Shown: in pieces, positions 1 to 10,060 of the stretch | Position numbering within the stretch: position 1 is the stretch's first letter | How the letters are laid out: the number at the start of each line of letters is the position of its first letter | Program-made: the position numbers and the translations under genes | Assembly (NCBI RefSeq): GCF_030652775.1 | Contig: NZ_JAUSPS010000010.1 | Location: 19,280 to 83,279 of the forward strand | Source: Acetobacterium sp. | GTDB taxonomy: Bacteria > Bacillota > Clostridia > Eubacteriales > Eubacteriaceae | Direction of reading: 5' to 3' | DNA length: 64,000 nucleotides | The notes under the pieces: model-generated | What the model saw: the letters and a program-made list of their open reading frames with translations, nothing else | The model's database searches: none | What the model was told of the DNA's origin: nothing

Positions 1-130
1 TCGTAGTCTTGCCGGCTCCATTACGGCCAATAAAACCGGTGATGGTGCCCTGTTCCAATGCAAAAGAAACATTATCGAGTTCAAAACGGTCATATTTTTT
101 GCATAAATTGTTAACCGCCAGGACGCTCAT
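1..130 (-). CDS. ABC transporter ATP-binding protein, 5' part (runs off window start)
   Basis: Manual translation from ATG at 130: MSVLAVNNLCKKYDRFELDNVSFALEQGTITGFIGRNGAGKTT (Walker A). ATGA overlap with the upstream AbrB gene stop. Confidence 0.85.
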   Translation of the reverse strand, partial: MSVLAVNNLCKKYDRFELDNVSFALEQGTITGFIGRNGAGKTT

Positions 131-360
131 TTTTCATCACCCGTGTCTGAATCAGCGTCCTTTCCGCCAAAAACCATTTGCGAAATCTTAGCAAACATAT
201 TTTTAGGGGGAATCGCAATCCCCTGTTCTTCATCTCCCAGCAATATCAATGTATCGCCTGGTTTAATATTAAAGACATCCCTTGCTTCTTTGGGAATGAC
301 AATCTGTCCTTTTTCACCGACCTTAACAGTCCAGGCATATTTTCCTTTTGGCTGAGTCAT
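127..360 (-). CDS. AbrB/MazE/SpoVT family DNA-binding protein
   Basis: VKVGEKGQIVIPKEARDVFNIKPGD swapped-hairpin signature. Start moved to ATG 360 behind a GGAGG RBS. Confidence 0.88.
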   Translation of the reverse strand: MTQPKGKYAWTVKVGEKGQIVIPKEARDVFNIKPGDTLILLGDEEQGIAIPPKNMFAKISQMVFGGKDADSDTGDEK

Positions 361-452
361 TATTTTCCTCCATTCAATGTGGCAAGTACAATAAGTATAA
401 TAAGTATGATTTGTACTACATATTATAATAATATCCCTTTGCCAAGGTTTTG

Positions 453-1199
453 TCAATCCTCTGCCAGCAGGTAATGCAGCATCTTTTCGGGATTCTCTAG
501 GAATCGACGGGTCAGCTGATAATGTTCCGTTTCTCGATAATCTACCGATTGGATGCCCTCTTCGGACAACTGATATAGTTCTGCTTCCGGATAGGCCATC
601 AGAATGGGCGAATGCGTGGCGATAATAAACTGGGAGTTCTGCCGTACCAGTTCGTTTATATGAACCAGCAGGGTCATCAGCCGACTGGGAGAAAGTGCGG
701 CTTCAGGCTCATCCAGCAGATAAATTCCATTTCCGTTGAAGCGGTTTTCCACCAATGACAGGAAGCTCTCACCATGAGACTGGTTATGCAGTGACCGATC
801 GCCGTATGCGGTTGGCAGCTGGTTCTGGAATTCCGCTTCATAAACCTCATCCAGATAACTGGCCGCATTGTAAAAACTTTCGGCCCTTAAAAAAAAGCCA
901 TCCTTGGGATAGGCTCTTCGCGAAAGAGTCAGGTGACGATGTAAATCAGAGTGGGTTGAGCTGGTAGAAAAGCTAAAATTGCGCGTACCACCTTCAGCAT
1001 TAAAACCAAAGGCCACTGCGATCGCTTCCAGTAAAGTTGACTTTCCCGTGCCGTTTTCACCGACTAAAAAGGTCACTGCTTTGGGAAAATACAGCTCTTT
1101 CATCTGTGTCAGATGGTGTACCACCATCAAGTGGTGAAGATAAGAGGCTTCATCCACTGGTGAACTGAGTCGCACACTACTGATATAATTTTGTTCCAT
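453..1199 (-). CDS. Predicted ABC/AAA-type ATPase (COG3910-like)
   Basis: GENGTGKS Walker A, QSHGESF signature variant, LLDEPE Walker B, ATHS H-loop. Confidence 0.88.
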   Translation of the reverse strand: MEQNYISSVRLSSPVDEASYLHHLMVVHHLTQMKELYFPKAVTFLVGENGTGKSTLLEAIAVAFGFNAEGGTRNFSFSTSSTHSDLHRHLTLSRRAYPKDGFFLRAESFYNAASYLDEVYEAEFQNQLPTAYGDRSLHNQSHGESFLSLVENRFNGNGIYLLDEPEAALSPSRLMTLLVHINELVRQNSQFIIATHSPILMAYPEAELYQLSEEGIQSVDYRETEHYQLTRRFLENPEKMLHYLLAED

Positions 1200-1231
1200 C
1201 TTAGGCTCCTTCCAATTTGGCTGAATTTGAT

Positions 1232-1954
1232 TTAAACAATGATATGGTTTTCTATCCAGCGCCTAAAAAATCCCAATTGTTCTTCCGTATGAAAGTAATG
1301 TTCGCCATGTTCCATTACGGTTAGATCACAATTAAATTGCTGTGCGAAGTTTGAAACCGTATCGAATTCACATAAATCATCGTCCGAGCCATAAAGAATT
1401 GCAGTCGGTTTATCCCAGAAATTAATGGGATGTTCCTTAACATAGCAATAATAATCCCAATATAACACCTGTCCGATCGGGGTTGAAACTTCTTTTTCAG
1501 CTTGTAACTGTGTCTCGCTGATGCTAAACCACGACATCATATTATTGATAATTCGCTCCATATCGACAACTGGTGACAGGAATAGGCACTGCTTCAAATC
1601 AACATCCTTGTATGCAAGAAAACTAAAATATGCACCCATGCTACAAGCAAACAAACTGATCTCATTCCATTTTGTTTTTGCATATTCCATAATGGCAGAA
1701 AGATCTTTTACGCAATATTGAACCTTGCATGGCGTTGGATCATTGCGACGTTCACCATGCTCAGGCAGATCAAAGCTAAGCACCTGATATCCTAATTGTG
1801 TTAGTTTTTCTGCCAATATCACAATTGTATCATCGGATTTGCTTGACATATTTCCGTGTACAGCGATAAATACTTTAGGGGAATTCTCGCCCCAAATAAT
1901 CGCTGGAATACCATCTATTGTTAATTTTTGTTTTATCATTTTCCCTCCATTCAT
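1232..1954 (-). CDS. Alpha/beta hydrolase
   Basis: HGNMS oxyanion region, ACSMG nucleophile elbow, C-terminal GEHYFH. Confidence 0.82.
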   Translation of the reverse strand: MNGGKMIKQKLTIDGIPAIIWGENSPKVFIAVHGNMSSKSDDTIVILAEKLTQLGYQVLSFDLPEHGERRNDPTPCKVQYCVKDLSAIMEYAKTKWNEISLFACSMGAYFSFLAYKDVDLKQCLFLSPVVDMERIINNMMSWFSISETQLQAEKEVSTPIGQVLYWDYYCYVKEHPINFWDKPTAILYGSDDDLCEFDTVSNFAQQFNCDLTVMEHGEHYFHTEEQLGFFRRWIENHIIV

Positions 1955-1976
1955 GTCTCTTTATTAAATCGGATAT

Positions 1977-2426
1977 TCATTTTCTCTTTTTAAATTTTTC
2001 CATAGCAAACGCATAGGATTCGTCAATCAGCGGTTTTAATTTCTCAAAGGTATCCTCTGATGGGTTCAAAATGCTGATCCATCCCATCCAGGCATATACA
2101 GGATGTGGTAAAATCGTATCCAATAAGGTAAAATCATATTCCATCCTAACAACCTCACCGGCTGCTGGGCGGGCCGGGTTACTCCCAAACAATTCTGAAA
2201 ATGTTTGTTTTCGCAATCCCATATTCGTTCTAAAAATCCCTTCTCGGTTCAGATTGGAGCCTTTATCGTTGGCACCATCTTTTTCTTTCACAGTCAACAC
2301 ATAAACGCCACGCTTCAAGGCATGATCGGGGTTATAAAATATTCCTTTTTCACCCCAGCTCTCTACCAAAACAGTATCGGATAAATACTCCGTGCAATAG
2401 TTTAATATCTGATTTGCTTTCATCAA
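1977..2426 (-). CDS. Conserved hypothetical protein (DUF6194-like)
   Basis: SWGEKGIFYNP ... KEKDG ... PHPVYAWMGWISILNP pattern recalled for this family. Confidence 0.65.
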   Translation of the reverse strand: MMKANQILNYCTEYLSDTVLVESWGEKGIFYNPDHALKRGVYVLTVKEKDGANDKGSNLNREGIFRTNMGLRKQTFSELFGSNPARPAAGEVVRMEYDFTLLDTILPHPVYAWMGWISILNPSEDTFEKLKPLIDESYAFAMEKFKKRK

Positions 2427-2623
2427 AACTTCACCTCGTCTTCTAACATTTACTCAAATGCTACGCTGTTCTCAATGTTAATATTACCCCAACTATGTCT
2501 GCTTTTAAAACCATTATACCTCTTAGTTTCGCTCATTTAAACAAAACCTTCTATTCAACAATAAAAAACGAGGCCTCAAGATTTGTTATCTCAATACCTC
2601 GCCATTTTTTTTCGCAACACTTT

Positions 2624-3250
2624 TTATAATCGACCGATATTCCCACACATAATATCATTTAATTTTCCACGCAGTTGATCTTTATTCCAGTCCCACCAAC
2701 AAAGCGACTGCAATTTTTCAATTGTTTTATCGTCGAATCGTTTTTTAATCGGCTTTGCGGGTACTCCGCCAATGATTGTGTAGGACTCAACATCCTTTGT
2801 GACAACGGCTCTAGTTCCGATGATTGCCCCATTGCCAATCTGAACCCCCGACATAATAACGGCTTCATAGCCAATCCAGACATCATTTCCAATCACAATA
2901 TCACCCTTTTTATCCCAGGCCTGAGTAACATCTTTCTGCTCAAGGCCATATTCTTCCCAAAATAACGGAAATGAATAAGTCGATAACGACTTCAAGGTAT
3001 GATTGGCACTGGTAAAAATGAACTTTGCACCACAGGCAATGGAACAGAATTTACCAATAATCAATTGATCCTGATTGATGGGATAATGATATAACACATT
3101 ATTTTTTTCAAAATCAATGGGATTATTTACAAAATCGTTATAGATGGTATAGTCGCCAACCTTAATATTGGGATTGTTAATAACAGTATTTAGATAAATG
3201 GTCTGGGTATCACCAGTCCGAGGGTATGTTTTTTCTTCCGGAATAGACAT
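2624..3250 (-). CDS. CatB/Vat-family xenobiotic O-acetyltransferase (hexapeptide repeat)
   Basis: VGDYTIY, IGKFCSIA, STYSFPLF, IGNDVWIG, GGVPAKPIKKRF, WWDW motifs. GGAGG RBS. Confidence 0.9.
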   Translation of the reverse strand: MSIPEEKTYPRTGDTQTIYLNTVINNPNIKVGDYTIYNDFVNNPIDFEKNNVLYHYPINQDQLIIGKFCSIACGAKFIFTSANHTLKSLSTYSFPLFWEEYGLEQKDVTQAWDKKGDIVIGNDVWIGYEAVIMSGVQIGNGAIIGTRAVVTKDVESYTIIGGVPAKPIKKRFDDKTIEKLQSLCWWDWNKDQLRGKLNDIMCGNIGRL

Positions 3251-3393
3251 TTCAAATCCTCCTAAATAGTTTAATTATCTTTCAGATCTATTCCAGTAAT
3301 TACAATACAGCATTTCATTGCTTTCCCACCTTTTCTATTCCATTTTAATTTAACCAAAGATGACATGATGTCTTTTTTCTAAAGCACTCTTCG

Positions 3394-4020
3394 CTATTGT
3401 ATCGAGTTCATTAACGCATGAAAATACTCCGATTCATGCGTTTTATAAAGCGGATACCAAGCCTCTAATGTTTCTGGCGAAAAGACCGCCAAAGCTTTCA
3501 GAACTTCCACCGTAAATTCCAATGGTGCAACCCCGGTCGCTGTGATTAAGTTTCCATCCGTAACCGCTGGGTCATTTTTGTAATATGCTTCACCTTGATA
3601 ATCCGGACAGACCATTTTGAGATATCCCAGATCATTGCTTGTATGGTATCTGGAATCCAGCAACCCATTCTTGGCAAGTCCCATTGTCGCACCACAGATG
3701 GCCGCCACAATCATGTTTTCTTTAATACCCTGCTCGGCTATATTGATGATCGGTTCGTGGATTGCCTCTAACCAGGTATCTCCGCCGGGTAAAATCAGAG
3801 CATCTGCGCTTTTTAAATCGCACTCGGCCACACTGATATCCGGTAATATTTTCAAACCGCCCATGGTCGTAACTGGTGTCGCATCAACGCCTACGGTTAC
3901 TACTTTGCATGGCGTTATCCCCTTCTTAAAAAATCTGCCGGAATTAAGTTCTGCCGTTAAATATCCAATTTCCCAATCTGCCATGGTATCACAGACATAA
4001 AGATATATCGTTCTAATCAT
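3394..4020 (-). CDS. DJ-1/PfpI family (type 1 glutamine amidotransferase-like) protein
   Basis: ADWE, LILPGG, AAICGA nucleophile elbow, DGNLITA. Confidence 0.9.
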   Translation of the reverse strand: MIRTIYLYVCDTMADWEIGYLTAELNSGRFFKKGITPCKVVTVGVDATPVTTMGGLKILPDISVAECDLKSADALILPGGDTWLEAIHEPIINIAEQGIKENMIVAAICGATMGLAKNGLLDSRYHTSNDLGYLKMVCPDYQGEAYYKNDPAVTDGNLITATGVAPLEFTVEVLKALAVFSPETLEAWYPLYKTHESEYFHALMNSIQ

Positions 4021-4168
4021 CTTAAATTTCTCCTCTTAATAATCTTCTCATCTTATCATGATTTTCTTTTATTATTTCTTCGTACCACCAAATAATTGCC
4101 GCAACGCATAGAACCAAACTAATCACAACCGCTATTATTGTCCCCTAAAGCCCGTTTCTGTTTTGTAA

Positions 4169-4648
4169 TCATTCCTTCAAACAAATAATTTCACTACCTT
4201 TACTTTCATAATAACGTAACATTTCGTCAATTTTCCTTTTATCATAACTGGTAACGCAATCGGATAGGACATTAACGCCATAATTTGCTTTGCGTAAGTT
4301 GTAACAGGTTGATTTGACACAAGCAACAGCATCTGCTCCTGCTATGTAGAAATCACATATTTCATTTTTACTAATAAAGTCGGTAAATTCTTCACAGCTT
4401 AATGCGTTTCCTTTGTATTTTGTAAAAACATTTTTTGATACTATTTTCAAGTCTGAAGCTAATTCAGACCCATATGTATCGGGTTTAAAAGTCCTCGTGC
4501 CGGCTGATAAATTTTCATGCCTGATATAAATAACACGAATATTATGATTGACTGCCCAATCAATCGCTTTATTGATATTGCCAATAACATCCTTGTAATT
4601 CTTTGTTATGTCATTTTGAATATCGATTATTACTAAGGCTTTTTTCAT
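4169..4648 (-). CDS. Isochorismatase-family cysteine hydrolase
   Basis: ALVIIDIQND, catalytic K in FTKYKGNA, ACVKST. Confidence 0.88.
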   Translation of the reverse strand: MKKALVIIDIQNDITKNYKDVIGNINKAIDWAVNHNIRVIYIRHENLSAGTRTFKPDTYGSELASDLKIVSKNVFTKYKGNALSCEEFTDFISKNEICDFYIAGADAVACVKSTCYNLRKANYGVNVLSDCVTSYDKRKIDEMLRYYESKGSEIICLKE

Positions 4649-4703
4649 AGTGTTTCCTCCTGATCGGTCGATTGATTTGGTTACTTTTTTATTATACCTT
4701 GCA

Positions 4704-4736
4704 ATTGTTGACAGCAGTATGGCAACAATCTATAAT
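4704..4736 (+). promoter_or_regulatory. SigA promoter of the WYL regulator overlapped by an inverted-repeat operator
   Basis: TTGACA(4708-4713)-17 nt-TATAAT(4731-4736). Inverted repeat ATTGTTGACA-GCAGTA-TGGCAACAAT at 4704-4729 in the divergent intergenic region. Confidence 0.7.
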
Positions 4737-4768
4737 GATAATAATAAATTTTGGAAGGCGGCTGACAG

Positions 4769-5701
4769 ATGAAAGTTGACAGGCTTGTTAGCATTATTAT
4801 GATACTCCTTGATAAAAAGCGTATCGGCGCACAGGAGTTAGCCGATCTGTTTGAAGTTTCACCCCGTACAATCTACCGCGACATAGACACGATCAACATG
4901 GCGGGTATTCCGGTTCGCGGGGCATCGGGAGTGGGCGGCGGCTTTGAAATCATGCAGCAATACAAGATTGATAAAAATGTTTTTTCGACTGCCGACCTTT
5001 CTGCTATCTTGATGGGGCTTTCCAGTCTTTCCAACATGATACGAGGTGATGAACTGGTAAACGCCCTTGCGAAAGTCAAGAGTTTTATCCCTGCCGACAG
5101 AGCCAAAGACATTGACTTAAAAGCAAATCAAATCGCTATCGATTTAAGTCCGTGGATGAGCAACCAGAACATACAACCCTATTTAGAAATGATCAAAACA
5201 GCTTTACAGGAAAGCAAGCTACTTTCCTTTGAATATTCAGACCGCTACGGAAATAAAACCGCACGAACAGCCGAGCCGTATCAGCTTTTATTGAAAAGCA
5301 GTCATTGGTACTTACAAGGGTATTGCCATAAAAGAAATGATTTTCGCTTATTTAAACTATCCCGCACATCAAACCTACAAATACAAGCAGAATTTTTTAC
5401 GCCACGAGATTATCAAAAACCGCAGTTAGATTTTACTGATATTTTGGCAACGATGCAAACAAAAATCAAAATTCGCATCCACAAATCTGTCATGGACAGG
5501 GTCCTTGATTATTGCACTTATGAACACTTTTCGCCAGACGGTGAGGAACATTACATTGTTAGTTTTCCTTTCATTGAGAACGAATACCACTACAATATTC
5601 TTTTCAGTTTTGGGGATAAATGCGAGTGTTTAGAGCCGTTACATATCCGCACAGAAATGAAGCGTAGAATACATGATATCGCTGCCCTATACGAAAGTTA
5701 A
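4769..5701 (+). CDS. YafY-family HTH-WYL transcriptional regulator
   Basis: N-terminal wHTH (ELADLFEVSPRTIYRDIDTI), WYL domain (EPYQLLLKSSHWYLQGYCHKRNDFRLFKLSR), WCX tail. Confidence 0.93.
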   Translation: MKVDRLVSIIMILLDKKRIGAQELADLFEVSPRTIYRDIDTINMAGIPVRGASGVGGGFEIMQQYKIDKNVFSTADLSAILMGLSSLSNMIRGDELVNALAKVKSFIPADRAKDIDLKANQIAIDLSPWMSNQNIQPYLEMIKTALQESKLLSFEYSDRYGNKTARTAEPYQLLLKSSHWYLQGYCHKRNDFRLFKLSRTSNLQIQAEFFTPRDYQKPQLDFTDILATMQTKIKIRIHKSVMDRVLDYCTYEHFSPDGEEHYIVSFPFIENEYHYNILFSFGDKCECLEPLHIRTEMKRRIHDIAALYES

Positions 5702-5763
5702 TACTTCTTAAAGTATTTTAATTAATGTCCCGCAATGCTGGCTGATATCTGTAATAAGCAAAC

Positions 5764-5804
5764 TAACGGGGCCAGAGCTTTAAAAATATGCCCTGACCCC
5801 GTTA
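5764..5804. terminator. Hairpin between convergent genes (likely bidirectional terminator)
   Basis: TAACGGGG-CCAGAGC ... GCCCTG-ACCCCGTTA inverted repeat. Confidence 0.55.
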
Positions 5805-5827
5805 TTATTCTTTTTATGAAGATTTTT

Positions 5828-8239
5828 TTATTCCATCGCCCGCAATCGTTCAACCAAGGAATTGTTTTGAAAAGAGCGTACTGAAACACCCGAAACCAGA
5901 ACCGGCACCAGCAATGTGACCAGAAGGTATGCTAGAAAATACCAAATCGGAAAGCGATAGTGCATATAGGTTGCGCCAAGTTCCCGCAGCAGATGGACCA
6001 GCAGGTATCCCATCCCGGTACCCACTATCAAGGTAATAACCAGATTCCCCAACGCCAGAATTAATCCCTCGCCCTGAACCATCTTCATCAATTGGCCACT
6101 CGTCATTCCGATTGATTGCAGCATTGAAAACTCCTGTCGACGCGAAATAATATTGGTCATCAGCGTGTTGATCAGATTGATCAGACTAAAGGCGATAATA
6201 AAAATTGACAGCCCCAGAATCACTCGATTGATCAGAGTGAACGATATCTTATCGGCAATCAGCTCTTCTCTAAGCGTATCCATTGCCAGGAGCGGATTTT
6301 CGTTGACCAGATTTTGTATCTGCGGCTCAATCTCAGCCCCTCTCAATTCTAAATCATCAACCGAGACCACCAGCGTTTCAGTGGTGTCAACCCCAGGAAA
6401 TAAGAGATCCAGCTTTTCCCGGGGAATGAGAAACCAGCCGGAATTATAAGTTACTTCGCTATAAGTATCGATGGCGCCGACCACCTTAAAATTTTTCTCT
6501 ACTTCCTCGGTGCCGTTGAAATAATGGAGGGTGACAGTGTCGCCCATTTCAAATTTCCAGCCAAATATTTCCTCCGCCACGCCATTAAGAACAATCAGCA
6601 GTTCGTCATTGGCAATCATTTCGTCATAATCAAAGTTGCCTTCTTCTAAGACATTTCTAACATTTTCCTGATCTTCCCGGGTAAATGGAGCCAGGCTGTC
6701 CTGATTGTTGACTTGATCCTTGTAATCGTAATTGACTTGGGCTTTATGATAACTTTGTACCGCTTTGACGCCGTCAATTTCTTTAATGCTTTCAATAAAT
6801 TCGGGATTCAGAGGATTGTTCAGCTGAATCCCGACATTGCCGTTCTCCATCGTTTGTGAGGCATTATAGTCATAGGCGATGATGTATTCACCCCATTGAT
6901 AAAAGCCCTGTCGGGAATAATCCTCCGCTGTCATGGAGCCGATAAATGTCGCTCCGGAGAGAAAAATAACCCCGCCAACGCCCAGGGAAATCATCGTCAA
7001 TAGTGTTTTTTTGCGATTCCTTTCGGCACTCATCATTGCCAGATGCAACGGCGTCATTTTCCGTTTGATGCTTTTAGATTCTTTTTTTCGACTCTGGCGG
7101 TACTGTGAAAAAAGCGATGCCTCAATCGACGTAACAGAGGCTGCCAGTTTTGCCGGTTTTCGGATAGAAATCAACACAGTGATCAGATCGGCCAGCAGGA
7201 TGATCAAACTGACAATCAGGGTGCTTTCCCAGTCCCAGCCGCCCGGCTTGATATAATAAGCGATCGGCCAGGCAATCAGAAAGCCTGCCATCGACCCGAT
7301 CAGGCAGAGCAAAACCCCTTCCCGTCTGACTAAGGCCCTAATCTGTTTTTTGGTTGCTCCCAGTGTTCGCAGTTGCCCAAACTGCCGGATTCTGCCGACC
7401 ACCGAAAGATAGAAGACACTGTAGATAACCAATACACTAACCAGCAGGATGCCGATACCAACGCCGACAGCTACCCCAACATTCATGGCCGACATCGTCA
7501 GCGAATTGGAAAAATAGTTGTTTTCATTGATGTTTTTTCGTTCGATTCCGGCCTCTGCACCAATGCTACGAATGGTATCCAGAAACTCCTGCTCAGACAT
7601 ACCCTCGGCCCCCTGAATTCGACAAAGTGCATGATAGGCGACATCCTTTAATTGTGGTCCATTCTCGGCATATTCCCGGGAAAAGATTAGCGGATAGACC
7701 TTGGTAACCTCCGCTTCTTCTAAAAATCCGCAAACGATAAAGGTTTCGGTTTCCCCATCCAGAAAGGTCAGAGAAACCGTCTCCCCGATCGTGGCCGGCA
7801 CGCCCAGTACCTTCATCAAGGATTTGTTAACCGCAATTTCATTGAATTGATGGGGATAGCTGCCTTCGATAACCGCAGTTGTTTTAATCGGCGCCGTTAT
7901 TTCCTCATAATAAACTGGCTGGATCATTTCTCCATTTAGTTCAAAGCCCTGACCCAATTTATCCAGAGTCATAAATTCAACCTGTTCTTCGCTCTCCAGC
8001 GCGGCAATCTGGGCCGCATTTACATTCATATAGGTGACATGCTGCATCATCGCTACCTGTCTTTTTAGTTCAATACCCTGGGCCGAGGTGAACAATGCCA
8101 TCACCCCCAGCAAACTGACGGACAGGGCAATGGTTATGAGGATAAAGAGATTTCTTGTTTTACTGGTTTTGATACTGCGCATGGCAAGATGACGAATAAT
8201 GGCCTGATTGTTGTTTATGATTTTTTTTGCCGTTTTCAT
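5828..8239 (-). CDS. ABC transporter permease, double FtsX/MacB-type
   Basis: 803 aa. Two FtsX units (RIRQFGQLRTLGATKKQI; RRQEFSMLQSIGMTSGQL) with large extracellular loops. Confidence 0.92.
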   Translation of the reverse strand: MKTAKKIINNNQAIIRHLAMRSIKTSKTRNLFILITIALSVSLLGVMALFTSAQGIELKRQVAMMQHVTYMNVNAAQIAALESEEQVEFMTLDKLGQGFELNGEMIQPVYYEEITAPIKTTAVIEGSYPHQFNEIAVNKSLMKVLGVPATIGETVSLTFLDGETETFIVCGFLEEAEVTKVYPLIFSREYAENGPQLKDVAYHALCRIQGAEGMSEQEFLDTIRSIGAEAGIERKNINENNYFSNSLTMSAMNVGVAVGVGIGILLVSVLVIYSVFYLSVVGRIRQFGQLRTLGATKKQIRALVRREGVLLCLIGSMAGFLIAWPIAYYIKPGGWDWESTLIVSLIILLADLITVLISIRKPAKLAASVTSIEASLFSQYRQSRKKESKSIKRKMTPLHLAMMSAERNRKKTLLTMISLGVGGVIFLSGATFIGSMTAEDYSRQGFYQWGEYIIAYDYNASQTMENGNVGIQLNNPLNPEFIESIKEIDGVKAVQSYHKAQVNYDYKDQVNNQDSLAPFTREDQENVRNVLEEGNFDYDEMIANDELLIVLNGVAEEIFGWKFEMGDTVTLHYFNGTEEVEKNFKVVGAIDTYSEVTYNSGWFLIPREKLDLLFPGVDTTETLVVSVDDLELRGAEIEPQIQNLVNENPLLAMDTLREELIADKISFTLINRVILGLSIFIIAFSLINLINTLMTNIISRRQEFSMLQSIGMTSGQLMKMVQGEGLILALGNLVITLIVGTGMGYLLVHLLRELGATYMHYRFPIWYFLAYLLVTLLVPVLVSGVSVRSFQNNSLVERLRAME

Positions 8240-8904
8240 CGTTTTACGATCTTTCCATCCTCAATGCGAATGATGCGGTCCGCAAGTTGAGCGATTTCAG
8301 TGTTATGGGTGATCATCACCAGCGTCTGGCCGAATTTTTTGATGCTCATTTTTAAAAGACCCAGCACTTCCTGACTGGTTTTACTGTCTAAATTTCCCGT
8401 CGGCTCATCCGCCAGCACAATCGCCGGCTTTGATGCTAAGGCCCTCGCCAGGGCGACCCGCTGTTGCTGTCCCCCGGAGAGATTATTGGGGAAGCGCTGC
8501 GTCATCGTCTGTAAGTGCAGCAGCTCAATAATTGCACGGATATAGTTGCGGTCCGGCTTGTTGCCATCGAGTTCCAGGGGCAAGACAATATTCTCGTAGA
8601 CGTTCAGCATCGAGACCAGATTGTAGTTTTGAAACACAAAGCCAATCTGTCGCCGCCGAAAGATAGTCAGCTGCTCATCGGACATCTGCGAAATTTCTTT
8701 ACCGCCTATCGTTACATTTCCAGCGGTGGGAACGTCCAGTCCGCCCAACATATGGAGCAGTGTCGATTTTCCGCTGCCCGATGTCCCGACAATCGCTAAA
8801 AACTCGCCTTTCTCAACTGCGAGTTCGATACCATCAAGGGCTTTGACGCAATTTTCTTCTTTTCCGTAATATTTTTTTAAATTTTTCGTTTCCAGTATTT
8901 TCAT
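8236..8904 (-). CDS. ABC transporter ATP-binding protein (LolD/MacB-like)
   Basis: GTSGSGKS, LSGGQQQRV, LADEPTGNLD. Start moved to ATG 8904 behind GGAGG. Confidence 0.95.
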   Translation of the reverse strand: MKILETKNLKKYYGKEENCVKALDGIELAVEKGEFLAIVGTSGSGKSTLLHMLGGLDVPTAGNVTIGGKEISQMSDEQLTIFRRRQIGFVFQNYNLVSMLNVYENIVLPLELDGNKPDRNYIRAIIELLHLQTMTQRFPNNLSGGQQQRVALARALASKPAIVLADEPTGNLDSKTSQEVLGLLKMSIKKFGQTLVMITHNTEIAQLADRIIRIEDGKIVKR

Positions 8905-9046
8905 CAAATTGATTCCTCCTGTTTGCGCCAGTATAGCAAGACAAACTAACCAAAATATAACAGTTCTCATGAAATGAATACGAAATTAACTAAAAAAGAG
9001 CATCAATTCTAACAAGCCGGTTAGGATTAACGCTACTTTGACAATT

Positions 9047-10060
9047 TTAAAAAGCATTGGGCAAAAAAATAGAAAAGGTTGAGCCCTCGCCGATAACAGA
9101 GCGCACCATCATATAGCCGTTCTGCTTCTGTATGATTTCACGGGCCAGATAAAGACCGATTCCAATTCCCTCAATCTCCAGATTTGCTTGCTCCCGGTAA
9201 AATCGCTGAAAGATCTTCCCATAATGCGCTTCGGGAATCCCTTTGCCCTGATCGGTGATAGTGATTCGGGTATACATTTCGCATCGTTTGACCTCAACGG
9301 TGATGAAACTGTGATCCGGTGAGTACTTCACCGCATTCTCCAGCACATTGAACAAGGCTTCCGCCGTCCATTTTAAATCATGGTTTAAGCGGTATTCCTC
9401 TGGACAATTAACGGTGATCTGGATCTGCTTTTTTTCGGCCGGAACGGTTATATCCGACAAGGCTGCTGCCAGCGTATCAAACAAATTTTCTGGCTGCCTT
9501 TTAAGTTGAATCAGGCCCGCTTCCAATCGTGACGCTTTTACCATGAAGGATAGTAAAAATTCCAGCTTTTCAAGCTGAGTTCCCATTAATTTGAGCAGTT
9601 CATTTCTGGTCTGCTCCGGCAGATCGCGATCCTGGATGGTTTCGTGCAGCATTTTTAAATTGGTCATTGGCGTTTTTACCTGATGCGATATATCCGAAAT
9701 AAAACCCTCCAGCACCTTTTTTTCAGTGGTTGATTTTTCTGTCGCTATTTTTAATACGTCGGCGATGCGGACAATTTTCTGGTTAATCTTTGAAATCAGT
9801 GTTTCATCCAATAAATCCAGGGCATTGACGTTTTGATAATCATCATTAAACAGCAACTCCAGATTTTCGCTGATGTCATCCGTGATTGCGCTAATGATCT
9901 TTTCATCTCTGCGTTTCACAAAATAGCCGTTCAAAATAAAAAACAGACAGAGTAGCGCCGAAACTGCGGTTGCCAGGGGATGATGGAATAGCAAAAATAT
10001 AAAACCACAGTAAGCAACGCTTAGCAAGATTGCCACGCCCCCCCAAAGCTTATTTCTCAT
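9047..10060 (-). CDS. Sensor histidine kinase (HisKA-HATPase)
   Basis: ISHQVKTP H-box, NVLENAVKYS N-box, DQGKGI, GIGIGLYL. N-terminal TM pair. Start at ATG 10060. Confidence 0.92.
   Translation of the reverse strand: MRNKLWGGVAILLSVAYCGFIFLLFHHPLATAVSALLCLFFILNGYFVKRRDEKIISAITDDISENLELLFNDDYQNVNALDLLDETLISKINQKIVRIADVLKIATEKSTTEKKVLEGFISDISHQVKTPMTNLKMLHETIQDRDLPEQTRNELLKLMGTQLEKLEFLLSFMVKASRLEAGLIQLKRQPENLFDTLAAALSDITVPAEKKQIQITVNCPEEYRLNHDLKWTAEALFNVLENAVKYSPDHSFITVEVKRCEMYTRITITDQGKGIPEAHYGKIFQRFYREQANLEIEGIGIGLYLAREIIQKQNGYMMVRSVIGEGSTFSIFLPNAF

Noticed and set aside
127-360. AbrB/MazE protein as the antitoxin of a TA pair
   Set aside because: The neighbours are ATPase and ABC genes; there is no PIN, MazF or Doc toxin.
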